Source: Thermovirgaceae bacterium
GTDB taxonomy: Bacteria > Synergistota > Synergistia > Synergistales > Thermovirgaceae
Assembly (NCBI GenBank): GCA_046542505.1
Contig: JBKHBH010000007.1
Coordinates: 1-49,309, forward strand
Direction: 5' to 3'
Length of the DNA: 49,309 bases
In this document: in pieces, positions 28,064 through 37,625 of the stretch
Layout: each line of letters starts with the position of its first letter
Position numbering within the stretch: the first letter of the stretch is position 1
Position numbers and translations under genes: made by a program
The notes under the pieces: model-generated
Told to the model about the DNA's origin: nothing
The model's database searches: none
What the model saw: only the letters and a program-made list of their open reading frames with translations

Positions 28064-28603
28064 TTGAAAAGGAATTCCTCGAAGGAGCTGATCCCCTTGT
28101 CACGACAGAAACAGGACGGGAGTTTTTCGATTCGCGAAGCGAACGAAGGCGATGTCCCGGTGATCCTTTCGTTCATCAAGGAACTGGCGGAATACGAGAA
28201 ACTCGCCGTAGTGGCTACCGAAGAAGGACTTCGCAAAGAGCTTTTCGGCGAAGACCCGGCAGCCAACGTCGTTCTCGCATGCAAGGGTGACATCCCGGTT
28301 GGATTTGCCGTGTTCTACACCACCTTTTCCACCCTGCTCGGAAAACGCGGCCTTCATCTGGATGACCTCTATGTCAGACCCGAGTGGCGCGGACGGGGAA
28401 TCGGCAAGGCCCTGCTTTCCCATCTGGCGGCTGTCGCCGTGGAACAGGGATGCGGCCGTTTCGAGTGGTGGTGCCTCGACTGGAACACCAACGCTCTCGA
28501 TTTCTACGACAGGCTCGGCGCGAAGCCTGTGGAAAACGTCCTTATCCTGAGGTTGACCGGCAGCGCCCTCGAGGAAACCGCAAAGGCGAAAACCACGTCC
28601 TGA
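28064..28603 (+). CDS. GNAT N-acetyltransferase (diamine acetyltransferase-like)
   Basis: IKELAEYEK, LDDLYVRPEWRGRGIG, CLDWN..ALDFY. Confidence 0.88.
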   Translation: MKRNSSKELIPLSRQKQDGSFSIREANEGDVPVILSFIKELAEYEKLAVVATEEGLRKELFGEDPAANVVLACKGDIPVGFAVFYTTFSTLLGKRGLHLDDLYVRPEWRGRGIGKALLSHLAAVAVEQGCGRFEWWCLDWNTNALDFYDRLGAKPVENVLILRLTGSALEETAKAKTTS

Positions 28604-28606
28604 GGA

Positions 28607-29074
28607 TCAGCCCGTTTCTCTCTCGCGGTACCGTTCCGAATCAAAGGGAAGAGCCGATTTAAGTCCTTCGAGGTCATTTGTGGCGACGATGTAGCGCTGT
28701 CCCGTCGTGAGAAGGAGTTCAAGCCCTTTGGAAGGCCCCACGCAATAGAGCCAGCCCCCCTCTATTTTCTTCAATCCCATCGAATACCAGGGAATCGGCT
28801 TTACTGAAAGGGATTCTATCTGGTCGAGGGGGATGCGCTTGCGGATAAAACCAGGCCCCATGGAGACGTCAAGGGTTTCTTCGGTTACACGAACGGTCAT
28901 CGAGGTAAAAAGCACCATGATGATCCCGACCAGGGTTCCGGCCACGCCAATGAGGCCATAGGGAGTCATGCCTTCCGGAGCCGATCTCCAGCCGTTGTAA
29001 ACAATAAACAGGAACGTCACTCCTAAAAGGATCCTCAAGCCCCATCCATTTTGTGTGTGGACATATTTCTCCAT
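28607..29074 (-). CDS. hypothetical membrane protein (2 TM plus bacterial PH-like domain)
   Basis: GGAGG RBS, ATG 29074; two TM helices then a beta-rich RIPLDQIESL region. Confidence 0.7.
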   Translation of the reverse strand: MEKYVHTQNGWGLRILLGVTFLFIVYNGWRSAPEGMTPYGLIGVAGTLVGIIMVLFTSMTVRVTEETLDVSMGPGFIRKRIPLDQIESLSVKPIPWYSMGLKKIEGGWLYCVGPSKGLELLLTTGQRYIVATNDLEGLKSALPFDSERYRERETG

Positions 29075-29191
29075 GCTTCGCCTCCAGCCTGCAGTCCCGT
29101 TGCCGTTGCGGCCCGAGGGACCATGCATTATACTGACACTATACTGCAGTAACCAGACAAGTTCCCGCCATGCCGAAAGGAGGAGCCCCCG

Positions 29192-29407
29192 ATGAGTGGA
29201 GTCTACAAGGTCATCGAACTCGTTGGATGCAGTGACACTTCCTGGGAAGACGCCGCACAGACAGCCCTGGAAACAGCGTCAAAAAGCCTGCAGGATCTGC
29301 GCGTCGCGGAAATCGTCAAACAGGACGTAACGATCAAAGACGGCAAGGTGGACCAATTCCGCGTCCGACTGAATGTGTCTTTCAAGTATCATACCGGCGA
29401 AGAATAG
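29192..29407 (+). CDS. dodecin-family flavin-binding protein
   Basis: VYKVIELVGCSDTSWEDAA...FRVRLNVSFKY; AAGGAGG RBS. Confidence 0.9.
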   Translation: MSGVYKVIELVGCSDTSWEDAAQTALETASKSLQDLRVAEIVKQDVTIKDGKVDQFRVRLNVSFKYHTGEE

Positions 29408-29431
29408 GCCCTCGCCGGCTTTCCATCGGGA

Positions 29432-29459
29432 AAAGAGGCGGCCTGCAGGCCGCCTCTTT
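29432..29459. terminator. bidirectional terminator between dodecin and the UGA-containing gene
   Basis: AAAGAGGCGGCC-TGCA-GGCCGCCTCTTT. Confidence 0.7.
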
Positions 29460-29469
29460 CTTGTCCTCG

Positions 29470-29832
29470 CTATCTCACCAAGGCGTTGACGGCGATAACA
29501 AGCGGACCCGAAGTCGACGTGTACCTTTCAAGCTGGACGACATCTCCTTTAAAGGAGATGCTTTTATCTATCCAGAGCCTGATTCCCTGCTCCTTCAGGA
29601 GGTGGAATTCCTGCGTGCCTTCCGGCTCTCCGCCCTGCACGAGGGCGACGATCGACTTCCCTCAGCCGGAGCCAACTTCAAAGACAGAGAGGTATGCCAC
29701 ATTTCCCATTCTGCTAATTTCCTCTCTGGCCGATTCCGATATTTCCAGCTTCAGTTGGGCGGCAGAAAGGGTCGCTGCAAACACAAGGGTGAGCATGACG
29801 AGAAGTGCCGTCAGTATCCAGCGTTTCTTCAT
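29470..29832 (-). CDS. putative exported selenoprotein, HesB-like / CC-Se motif-like (120 aa, Sec57)
   Basis: GGGAGGAG RBS, ATG 29832; signal peptide; single in-frame TGA (29664-29662) in GSG-U-G; frame continues 63 codons to TAG just before a terminator. Confidence 0.78.
29630..29648 (-). promoter_or_regulatory. putative bacterial SECIS hairpin
   Basis: UGA + 13 nt + UCGCCCU-CGUGC-AGGGCGG; apical loop 20 nt after UGA with G at loop position 2. Confidence 0.55.
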
Positions 29833-29853
29833 GCTTCTTCTCCTCCCACTTTC

Positions 29854-30231
29854 TCAGTGCATTTTCCGCTCCCGGCGGATTTTTTCATAGGCTTCCTGGA
29901 TCCGCTGAAACTTTCTCGATGCTAGTTCGATGAATTCCTTGTCGAGATTCTGCCCGATGAACTTGTCCGGATGATATTTCGCAACAAGCTCCCTGTAATG
30001 TTTCCTGACCACCTCGTCACTGTCGCTTCTCCTGCAGCCGAGGATTTCATAGGGATCAGCAGGCTCCCTGGAGGCTCCTGCATATTCCTGGCGATACCCA
30101 CCCCCGCCGCCCGCCCCTTCACGGGATCTCCTGCTTCGAGCCTGCCTGAAAATGCCCGACAGGATTTTCAGGACCATCAGGAGGAAAAGCAGCAGCGGAA
30201 GGAATCTCAAGACCCTCAAAAAAAACAGCAT
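29854..30231 (-). CDS. membrane-anchored J-domain protein (DjlA C-terminus-like)
   Basis: N-terminal TM helix; DPYEILG...YHPDK...FQRIQEAYE. Confidence 0.85.
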   Translation of the reverse strand: MLFFLRVLRFLPLLLFLLMVLKILSGIFRQARSRRSREGAGGGGGYRQEYAGASREPADPYEILGCRRSDSDEVVRKHYRELVAKYHPDKFIGQNLDKEFIELASRKFQRIQEAYEKIRRERKMH

Positions 30232-30262
30232 TCGTCCGCACTCCTGGTTCTTCCTTGCAAAA

Positions 30263-30514
30263 TCATGGCGACTTTTGTTCCCTGGCGTTTTTCAGTTCGC
30301 GGAGCCTTTTTCGGGTTTTCTCTATGTCGGCCCGCGTATCCTCGATCCATTCCAGACGTTTTTTCTGGTCCATCTTCCCCGCCTTCCGGCCGGATTCGAG
30401 GACGGAAAGTTTTTTCTTCTGAATGGCAACCCATTCCTCGAGTCTTCTTTCCTGTTCAATTTGTTCACGAAACTGTTCGGCTTCCCCGTTTTCTTTTACA
30501 AAGGCCCTGCTCAC
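30263..30514 (-). CDS. small coiled-coil hypothetical protein (83 aa)
   Basis: GGAGGG RBS, GTG 30514; MSRAFVKENGEAEQ...; upstream TATAAT at about 30574-30569. Confidence 0.68.
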   Translation of the reverse strand: MSRAFVKENGEAEQFREQIEQERRLEEWVAIQKKKLSVLESGRKAGKMDQKKRLEWIEDTRADIEKTRKRLRELKNAREQKSP

Positions 30515-30801
30515 TTTGTATCCCTCCGCAACGATTCTGGCCCCTGCTCGTGCCGGAGACTTTGAAGATGTATTATAACGCGACAATGTCCAAACACGAA
30601 GGAAACGGATCGTCTCCCCAAAAGCCCTTTGGAGCCGGCGGTCCTTCCTTTGTCAAAGTGAAACGTCGTAGTCGCATTCATGGGAACCCTCTGCGCCGCG
30701 GGGCTACGGAACCTTGAGGCAAATCGGTTCACATGAAGAGTCCTGCTCCTTTGGCGGCGCTGCCAGGCGACGATATTGCGTCGAACAGCCCCGGCCCCGG
30801 T

Positions 30802-30835
30802 AAAAAGCGAGGGCGGGGAATAAACCCGCCCTCGC
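30802..30835 (-). terminator. terminator of the hydrogenase operon
   Basis: Minus strand GCGAGGGCGGG-loop-CCCGCCCTCGC-TTTTT. Confidence 0.75.
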
Positions 30836-30873
30836 CGCAAAATCCTCCGTTGATGATCTTTTGCTGCTTTCTT

Positions 30874-31365
30874 TCAGCCCCTGTTCCGGGGGCGCGCCCG
30901 ATTCAGGTAATCCGTCCAGAAGCTCACAAATCCCCTGTGGGCGCTGCGGACCCTTTTCCGGCACTCGGGCGTCAGCCTGTCGGAAAAGTCGAAAGAAGCA
31001 CCGCTCACAGAAAGAAGCCATCCCTCAGGCACCCTGCCCAGGATCTTTTCCGCCAGTGCAAGAATGCTGCCGGGACCAAAGGTATGCATGTTGAGGCCGT
31101 CTCCTCCAGAAGAAAAGGGATCGACCCGCTCCAGTGCATACCCTTTTTCGTGGGTAATGAGCGATGCGTCACAGAAAATCGCCACGTCGGCGTCTTCAGC
31201 CTCGAGTACAGCCTCGGGGACCAGTTGGTGTCCTCTCCACAAGACCGCCTGATCGCCGCATTTGCGGACCGTACTGACGACGAGTCGGGAGAGAACGTGC
31301 CCGGCGCCGTCATCCTGTCGTGAAGGGTTGCCGTATCCGAGAACCAATACACGCACGGCTGTCAC
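30874..31365 (-). CDS. NiFe hydrogenase maturation endopeptidase (HoxW/HycI family)
   Basis: VLGYGNPSRQDDGAG, IFCDA and H motif; directly after the large subunit. Confidence 0.88.
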   Translation of the reverse strand: MTAVRVLVLGYGNPSRQDDGAGHVLSRLVVSTVRKCGDQAVLWRGHQLVPEAVLEAEDADVAIFCDASLITHEKGYALERVDPFSSGGDGLNMHTFGPGSILALAEKILGRVPEGWLLSVSGASFDFSDRLTPECRKRVRSAHRGFVSFWTDYLNRARPRNRG

Positions 31366-31372
31366 AGGCTGT

Positions 31373-32800
31373 CTATTCCTTGAAGCACATCGCCAGTTCC
31401 CTACCCCCGGCGTCACAGACCGTCAGCTTGAGAGGCATTTTCCCGACGGCATGGGTCGAGCAGGAAAGACAGGGATCATAGCAGCGGATGACGTGTTCCA
31501 TTCTGTTCATGACACCTTCCGGCACATCGGGACCCTTGATATACTCGCTGGCAATGGCATGGACTCCCCTGTTCATGGCGTAATTGTTATGTCCTGTGGC
31601 AACAATTAAATTGACTCCCGTCAGGGCCCCCTGCTCGTCCACCTGATAGTGGTGGATGAGGGTACCCCTGGGTGCCTCGATGACGCCGATCCCTTCGGGG
31701 TAGATCTCCTGAGACGTCACGCGCAAATCGCTGCCGGTAATATCAGGATCTTCCAGGAGTTCGCCGATGCGCTCAAGCCCGTAGAGCAGCTCGATAAGGC
31801 GGGCATAGTGGTAGTAAAGAAGATGATGGACCATGCCCTCGTCGCCCGCCTGTCTGAAAATCTTCAGTTCCTCCGAAGCCTCGGGAGTGGGAATGTCGTC
31901 ACAGGCATTCACACGGCCCAGGGGGCCGACCCTGTAACTTCCGTGAGGGAAACCGAGAGGCCTGTAGAAGGGGAATTTCAGGTAGCTCCAGGGCTCCACG
32001 TGCTCGCCAATATGGTCGAGGTAATCCCAGTCGGCGAACTCGTCAATGATCCGCCCTTTTGCCCCTCGCAGACGGATATCCCCGTCATAAAGCTCCAGGT
32101 AGCCGCTGTTGACGAGGCCCAAGCAGGCCGTTTCCATGGGAGCGAACTTCAGAACCTCTTTCTTGTGCTCTTCGAGATACCCCTTGATAAACTCGATGGC
32201 TTCCCGGGCATCGGATTTCATCGATGGGAGAGCCCTAAGTATGGCATCTTTTTCGTCCGTCCTGAGGCCTCTGTTGACCCCCCCTGGAATGCTGTGCCAG
32301 GGATGGACCTTTTTGCCGCCCAGAGTCTTGATAATGTCCTGTCCAAACTTCCTGAGAAAGATTCCCTTGGTGGCAAGATCCGGGAATTTTGCCGCCAGTC
32401 CGGCGATGTTCCTCGTCGCGGGATCGGCATCGAATCCGAACAGCAGGTCCGGGCTCGAAAGGTGGAAGAAGCTCAATGCGTGGGACTGGACAATCTGCCC
32501 CATGTGAAGAAGTTCGCGGAGCTTGTGGGCCGTCGGCGTGACCTCGACGCCGAGAATGGCATCGCAGGCCTTTGCCGAGGCAAGGTGATGGCTCACGGGG
32601 CAGATCCCGCAGATTCTCGGGGTGATTTCGGGCATTTCCCGGAAATCACGCCCCTTGCTGAAGGCCTCGAATCCCCTGAACTGGGTGACGTTAAATCGGG
32701 TTTCCGAAACAGATCCATCCTCAGCGAGATGGACCGTTATCTTGCCGTGACCCTCTATTCTGGTAACCGGATTGACTTCCAGCTTGCGTACTGTCGTCAT
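31373..32800 (-). CDS. hoxH: group 3 [NiFe] hydrogenase large subunit (HydL/HoxH)
   Basis: TRIEGH, L1 RICGICPVSH, EAPRG, L2 YDPCLSCSTH with cleavable C-terminal extension. Confidence 0.95.
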   Translation of the reverse strand: MTTVRKLEVNPVTRIEGHGKITVHLAEDGSVSETRFNVTQFRGFEAFSKGRDFREMPEITPRICGICPVSHHLASAKACDAILGVEVTPTAHKLRELLHMGQIVQSHALSFFHLSSPDLLFGFDADPATRNIAGLAAKFPDLATKGIFLRKFGQDIIKTLGGKKVHPWHSIPGGVNRGLRTDEKDAILRALPSMKSDAREAIEFIKGYLEEHKKEVLKFAPMETACLGLVNSGYLELYDGDIRLRGAKGRIIDEFADWDYLDHIGEHVEPWSYLKFPFYRPLGFPHGSYRVGPLGRVNACDDIPTPEASEELKIFRQAGDEGMVHHLLYYHYARLIELLYGLERIGELLEDPDITGSDLRVTSQEIYPEGIGVIEAPRGTLIHHYQVDEQGALTGVNLIVATGHNNYAMNRGVHAIASEYIKGPDVPEGVMNRMEHVIRCYDPCLSCSTHAVGKMPLKLTVCDAGGRELAMCFKE

Positions 32801-32813
32801 GTCATCGCCCTCC

Positions 32814-33353
32814 TTAATCGTACCGCATCATGTCCGTGGGCACTTTGGGAATTCTGCCTTCCAGCAGTTCCTGGAAGACCCACAGGATGGTCTCTGGATC
32901 GGGCGGACAACCGGGGACGTAGACATCCACCTTGACGGCGTAATCAATGGGGACGGCTTTCGGCAAAAGGGCCGGGATATCCTCCCCCGGGATGACCCCT
33001 TTCGGGTTGACCGTGCTTGGTGTGTTGACGTACCCCTCCCTCAGGGCTTCCTCGGACGTCATGAAATTCCTCATGCTGTTGATGCCGCCAAAAACAGCGC
33101 AGTCGCCCCAGGCCACGAGGATATCGCACTGCTCCCGCATCTTTTTGGCGAGATGGAGTTCCTCCTCATTTCCTAATCCACCGGAGATGACGCCGACATC
33201 GACTTTGGGAATCTCCTTCGCGTCGACCACCGGCGAATACAAGATATCCACCTTGTCCAGAAGTCCGATAATCTTGTCGTCGATATCCAGAAAGGACATA
33301 TGGCACCCGGCGCAGGCTTCGAGCCATACCGTAGCGAGTTTCACCTTTGCCAT
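32814..33353 (-). CDS. hoxY: [NiFe] hydrogenase small subunit, single-cluster type (HydS/HoxY)
   Basis: CAGCHMS, GDCA, PGCPP; 179 aa. Confidence 0.93.
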   Translation of the reverse strand: MAKVKLATVWLEACAGCHMSFLDIDDKIIGLLDKVDILYSPVVDAKEIPKVDVGVISGGLGNEEELHLAKKMREQCDILVAWGDCAVFGGINSMRNFMTSEEALREGYVNTPSTVNPKGVIPGEDIPALLPKAVPIDYAVKVDVYVPGCPPDPETILWVFQELLEGRIPKVPTDMMRYD

Positions 33354-35425
33354 TACCGCGACACCTCCTCCAGCTCGACCATCTTGGCCTTGTTCGGAGC
33401 GATCTGGCTTTCGTAGATCTGCTCACAGGGAGCAGCCTCCGGCTTGCCGAGGCTTACGTCAAGGTTTTTGGCCACGTCACCGAGCACCGACGACAGGCTT
33501 CTGACGTCCCCCTGTGGGGGCACGATGACGTTCAGTCTACGTCGTTCACCTTCGATGGTGCAGAAATGGCCGCTCCTCTCATACCACGCAGGCGCGGGAA
33601 GCAGCACATCCGCCATGTTCACCAGAGGATGCGCCATGTAGGGCGACTGGACAACGACGAAACGCGTCCTCGAAATAGCCGCCAGGGATTCCTCGTCTTC
33701 CGGGACGAGACCCGTTGAGAAGACGTACAAAAAGTCCAGGTCTTCCTTCCCGAGCCACGTCTTTTCCGCGAGAACGGTGTTGATGGTTCCGAGGCTGTTC
33801 CCGCTGGAAACGAGAGGGACCACGCCGATGCCGTCGTCAAAGAACGCGCCGGCTGCTATGGCCAGGTTGACCGCCGCCGTGACGACCTCCGGATTCGTTG
33901 AAACGGCGCTTCCAAGCACGAAGACCGGCTTTTCAGATGTCACGAGGCAATGGACGAGCTTCTCCAGATCCTCGATCCCAATCCCGGCAGCGTCACCCGC
34001 CTTGGTCAGGGCATCACGGTAATCATTGAGGGCTTCCGTGCCCTTGCCGATATCGTCTTCGGCGAGTTTCAGTGACGTGATGGTCCTCGCGAGTTCAAAG
34101 AGAAGTCCCGCATCGCCGCAAGGTTGTTTCAGTCTCAGGTCCAGATCGGTAATGCCCTTAAAAGGATTCCCTTTATTACACACATTGATGAGGGACGCTT
34201 CGTTCTTCAGCGTTCCAACCCGCATGTAGCTGGCGACGACAGGTGCCTCCACGTCGGGCTTCGCGCAAAGATTGATGATGCAGTCGCTGTTGAGGATGTT
34301 GTGAGCCGCAGTAAAGGGTCTCGTGCCCTGTTTCCTGAATGGCTCGAAACCGTCCCTGAAACCTCTCAGGATGTCGCCGTCAAAAGTATCCAACCGCTTT
34401 ATGCCCATGGAATCACGGAAAAACCCGCTGAAGACGGCGAGCTCCTCGTCGGTGCAGAGGCTGGAGACCAATGCTCCGGCACTCTCCTTTTCCTGTGCTT
34501 TCGAGAACTGCTCTGCCACGAGGTTCAGTGCCTCTTCCCAGGACGCCTCACGGTAGTGCGCACCTTCGCGGATCATGGGCACGTGGATGCGGTCCCTCTC
34601 CGTCGACCTTGGCAGATCAAGGCGGCCCTTGTAGCAAAGCTGGCCTCCATCGGGCTCCTCGGTTCCGAGGCCTTCCACACGGGCGATGCTGCCCGTGCGG
34701 ACATACCCCTTGAACCTGCAGCCTACCGCACAGAGGGGACATACGCTCTCGACCACGTCATCGCAATCGCTTCTTCTTCCCCTGTAGGCAAATTCCCGAA
34801 TAGTGATCGTCCCTGTGGGGCAGACCTGGGCACAGGCGCCGCAGTTTACGCAGGTGTCGCTTTCACCGAGCTTTTTCCCCAGATCCGACATGATTTTCGC
34901 GTTCCATCCGCGATCCTTGAGATCCAGCGTGTGAGCTCCGACTTTTTCCGCGCAGACGCGGATGCATCTCAGACAGAGGATACAGCGGTTGTGGTCGAGC
35001 TGGAGATCCGGGTGGGTTGCGTCATTCTCGAAGTCGTAATACAGATAGGGGTACCTGACGTGATCCATCTCGTGTTCGATGGCCAGCCGCTGCAATTCAC
35101 AGTCGCCGCTCTGGGAGCAGTACATGCAGAAGTGGTTTCTCCCTGCAAAAAGGAGCTCCAGAAGCTGTTTCCTGTAATTGAAAAGCGTCTCTGTCTGGGT
35201 ATGCACCACCATCCCGTCCTGAGCAGGCGTGGTGCATGCCGTCAGAAGCTTCGGGTTCTTCTCCACCTCCACCACGCACATCCGGCAGGATCCAATGGGT
35301 GTAAGCCCTTCAAGGTAACACAGCGTGGGAATGTAGATGTCATTCTTGCGCGCCACCGTCAATATGGTGTCGCCATGTTCACCCTTACACTGCTTCCCAT
35401 CTATGGTCAGGGTAATTTCCTTCAT
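33353..35425 (-). CDS. hydA: HydA/NuoG-like Fe-S subunit with molybdopterin-oxidoreductase fold, no H-cluster
   Basis: [2Fe-2S] CYL..GSCRMC..C, HFCMYC..C, 2x CxxCxxC, CPLCAVGC..LC; NuoG-like ADVLLP..YERSG. Confidence 0.85.
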   Translation of the reverse strand: MKEITLTIDGKQCKGEHGDTILTVARKNDIYIPTLCYLEGLTPIGSCRMCVVEVEKNPKLLTACTTPAQDGMVVHTQTETLFNYRKQLLELLFAGRNHFCMYCSQSGDCELQRLAIEHEMDHVRYPYLYYDFENDATHPDLQLDHNRCILCLRCIRVCAEKVGAHTLDLKDRGWNAKIMSDLGKKLGESDTCVNCGACAQVCPTGTITIREFAYRGRRSDCDDVVESVCPLCAVGCRFKGYVRTGSIARVEGLGTEEPDGGQLCYKGRLDLPRSTERDRIHVPMIREGAHYREASWEEALNLVAEQFSKAQEKESAGALVSSLCTDEELAVFSGFFRDSMGIKRLDTFDGDILRGFRDGFEPFRKQGTRPFTAAHNILNSDCIINLCAKPDVEAPVVASYMRVGTLKNEASLINVCNKGNPFKGITDLDLRLKQPCGDAGLLFELARTITSLKLAEDDIGKGTEALNDYRDALTKAGDAAGIGIEDLEKLVHCLVTSEKPVFVLGSAVSTNPEVVTAAVNLAIAAGAFFDDGIGVVPLVSSGNSLGTINTVLAEKTWLGKEDLDFLYVFSTGLVPEDEESLAAISRTRFVVVQSPYMAHPLVNMADVLLPAPAWYERSGHFCTIEGERRRLNVIVPPQGDVRSLSSVLGDVAKNLDVSLGKPEAAPCEQIYESQIAPNKAKMVELEEVSR

Positions 35426-35446
35426 CGTCTCTTCCTCCCCGCCGCT

Positions 35447-37240
35447 TTAGTCCTTGTGTACCGCATTGAAAGGGCACACTTCCAGACACGTCCCACACTT
35501 GATGCAGCGCTTTTGGTCGATCACGTATGGAGTCTGCCGGTCTCCTGAAATGCAGTCCACTGGGCAGTTCTTGGCGCACAAACCGCATTTCCTGCAGGCT
35601 TCAGTATCAATGGTGTAGGTAATGAGATCAGGGCACACCTTCGCGGGACACTTCTTGTCCCTGATGTGCGCCTCATACTCGTCACGGAAGTATCTGAGGG
35701 TCGTCAGAACGGGGTTCGGCGCCGTCTGTCCGAGACCGCACAGGGACATTCTCTGGACCATATGGGCGAGCTCCTCGAGGGTTTCAAGGTCTTCCATGGT
35801 CCCCGCACCTTTGGTGATTTTCTCGAGCAAAAGCAGCATCTGCTTCGTTCCTTCCCTGCAAGGAACGCATTTCCCGCAGGATTCCCGCTGGGTGAATTCC
35901 AGAAAGAATTTCGCCACGTCCACCATGCAGGTGTCCTCGTCCATGACGACGAGACCGCCCGAACCCATGATCGCTCCGGCCGCTGTAAGTGATTCGTAGT
36001 CGACGGGCAGATCCAGGTGCTCTTTCGTGAGACATCCTCCTGAAGGTCCCCCTATCTGGACGGCCTTGAACTCCTTGTCATCAAGAATTCCTCCACCCAG
36101 TTCGAACACGACCTCGCGGATGGTGATACCCATAGGAACTTCGATAAGACCCGTGTTCTTGATTTTCCCCGTCAGGGCAAAAACCTTGGTCCCTTTCGAT
36201 TTTTCGGTGCCTATGCAGCTGAACCAGTCGGCGCCGTTCAGGATGACCTGGGGAACGTTTGCCCAGGTTTCGACGTTGTTGATGTTCGTGGGCTTCCTCC
36301 AAAGTCCCGACTGCGCCGGGAAGGGAGGCCTCGGCGTCGGCATGCCCCGTTTGCCTTCGATGGAGGCCATGAGAGCCGTTTCTTCTCCGCAGACAAAGGC
36401 GCCGGCACCTTCCTTGATGTGGAGGTGGAAACAGAAATCCGTTCCCATTATATTGTCGCCGATAAGCCCGTATTCTTCGGCCTGGGCAATGGCGTTTTTC
36501 AACCGTTTTATAGCAAGGGGATACTCGGCCCGGCAGTATATGTACCCTTCGTCGGCTCCGATAGCATAGGCGCCGAGAAGCATACCCTCGAGAAGGGTGT
36601 GCGGATCGCCCTCGAGAACTGACCGGTCCATGAAGGCACCGGGGTCGCCTTCGTCGGCGTTGCAAATGATGTACTTCTTTTCGCCGGCCGCCTTTCGGGC
36701 GAACTCCCATTTGAGCCCCGTCGGGAACCCTGCGCCTCCACGTCCCCTGAGGCCCGACTTTTTCACTTCTTGCAGGGTCTTTTCAGGAGTCATTTCGAGA
36801 AGGGCCTTGGCCAAAGCCTGATATCCGTCCCTGGCAATGTACTCGTCGATATGCTCGGGATTGATGTAACCGCAGTTTCTCAGGACCACCCTGTGCTGTT
36901 TGCTGTAAAAGGGCATGTCCTTGTAATGTGGTAACTTGTTCATTTCGCCTGGAACGGTGTAAAGAAGCCGTTCCACGAGCCTGCCCTTGTAAAGGTGTTC
37001 CTCCACGATCTCGGGAACATCCTCTGGAGCAACCCGGCAATAGGAGGCTCCCTCTGGATAAATTACGACGAGGGGACCCATTTCGCACATTCCGTGGCAC
37101 CCTGTCTCGACGAGTTTCACTTCACTGTCAAGCTTTCGCCGCGTCAACTCCTCCTGGAGGGCCTTATACACCGCGGGGGCGCCGCTCGCCGTGCACCCCG
37201 ATCCTTTGCAAACCAGCACGTGGGCACGATACAAAGCCAT
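35447..37240 (-). CDS. hydB: HydB/NuoF-like FMN/NAD(H)-binding subunit
   Basis: N-terminal thioredoxin-like Fe-S, GRGGAGFPTG, NADEGDPGAFMD, GAGAFVCGEE, GGPSGG, ESCGKCVPCREG, C-terminal 2x[4Fe-4S]; start ATG 37240. Confidence 0.93.
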   Translation of the reverse strand: MALYRAHVLVCKGSGCTASGAPAVYKALQEELTRRKLDSEVKLVETGCHGMCEMGPLVVIYPEGASYCRVAPEDVPEIVEEHLYKGRLVERLLYTVPGEMNKLPHYKDMPFYSKQHRVVLRNCGYINPEHIDEYIARDGYQALAKALLEMTPEKTLQEVKKSGLRGRGGAGFPTGLKWEFARKAAGEKKYIICNADEGDPGAFMDRSVLEGDPHTLLEGMLLGAYAIGADEGYIYCRAEYPLAIKRLKNAIAQAEEYGLIGDNIMGTDFCFHLHIKEGAGAFVCGEETALMASIEGKRGMPTPRPPFPAQSGLWRKPTNINNVETWANVPQVILNGADWFSCIGTEKSKGTKVFALTGKIKNTGLIEVPMGITIREVVFELGGGILDDKEFKAVQIGGPSGGCLTKEHLDLPVDYESLTAAGAIMGSGGLVVMDEDTCMVDVAKFFLEFTQRESCGKCVPCREGTKQMLLLLEKITKGAGTMEDLETLEELAHMVQRMSLCGLGQTAPNPVLTTLRYFRDEYEAHIRDKKCPAKVCPDLITYTIDTEACRKCGLCAKNCPVDCISGDRQTPYVIDQKRCIKCGTCLEVCPFNAVHKD

Positions 37241-37253
37241 GTCTTTAGCCCCC

Positions 37254-37625
37254 CTAGTCAGTTCTTCCGATAACCTTGTCCTCTGCGACATTGCCGTTGA
37301 CAAGGTGTTCGGCCACAATTCGTGCGGCATCCTTCGGCTCGACATTGCCATAGGTGATCCTGGGTTCGCCGGGCCTGATAACATCGACAAGGGGTTCCTT
37401 CTGGCACATTCCTATGCATCCCGTCGTCTCGATTTCAACATCCTTGAGTCCCCGCTTGTCGAGCTCTGAGAGAATGGCCGTCATGACATCACGGGCGCCG
37501 GCGGCAATTCCGCAGGTTCCAGTCCCAACGATAATCCTCTTTTTTCCGCCTGAGCGCGCCGACGTCAGGTCTTTTGCCTGTTCCTTGATTTTCCGCAGAT
37601 CTTCAAGACTCGTAATTTTCGGCAA
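37254..37625 (-). CDS. thioredoxin-like [2Fe-2S] ferredoxin subunit (HydD/HndB-like)
   Basis: VGTGTCGIAAGA, TGCIGMC..EP; TTG start after GGAAGGGAG. Confidence 0.88.
   Translation of the reverse strand: MPKITSLEDLRKIKEQAKDLTSARSGGKKRIIVGTGTCGIAAGARDVMTAILSELDKRGLKDVEIETTGCIGMCQKEPLVDVIRPGEPRITYGNVEPKDAARIVAEHLVNGNVAEDKVIGRTD

Noticed and set aside
29461..29925. Plus-strand ORFs of 154 aa and 134 aa in the track
   Set aside because: Antisense shadows of the minus-strand UGA-containing gene, which has the RBS, signal peptide and operon context
31373..33353. [NiFeSe] hydrogenase
   Set aside because: Both Ni-binding motifs are all-Cys with no in-frame UGA
33353..35425. Formate dehydrogenase alpha subunit or respiratory NuoG
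   Set aside because: No recognisable Mo/W-ligating Cys/Sec segment, no membrane Nuo genes, and it is embedded in a NiFe hydrogenase operon
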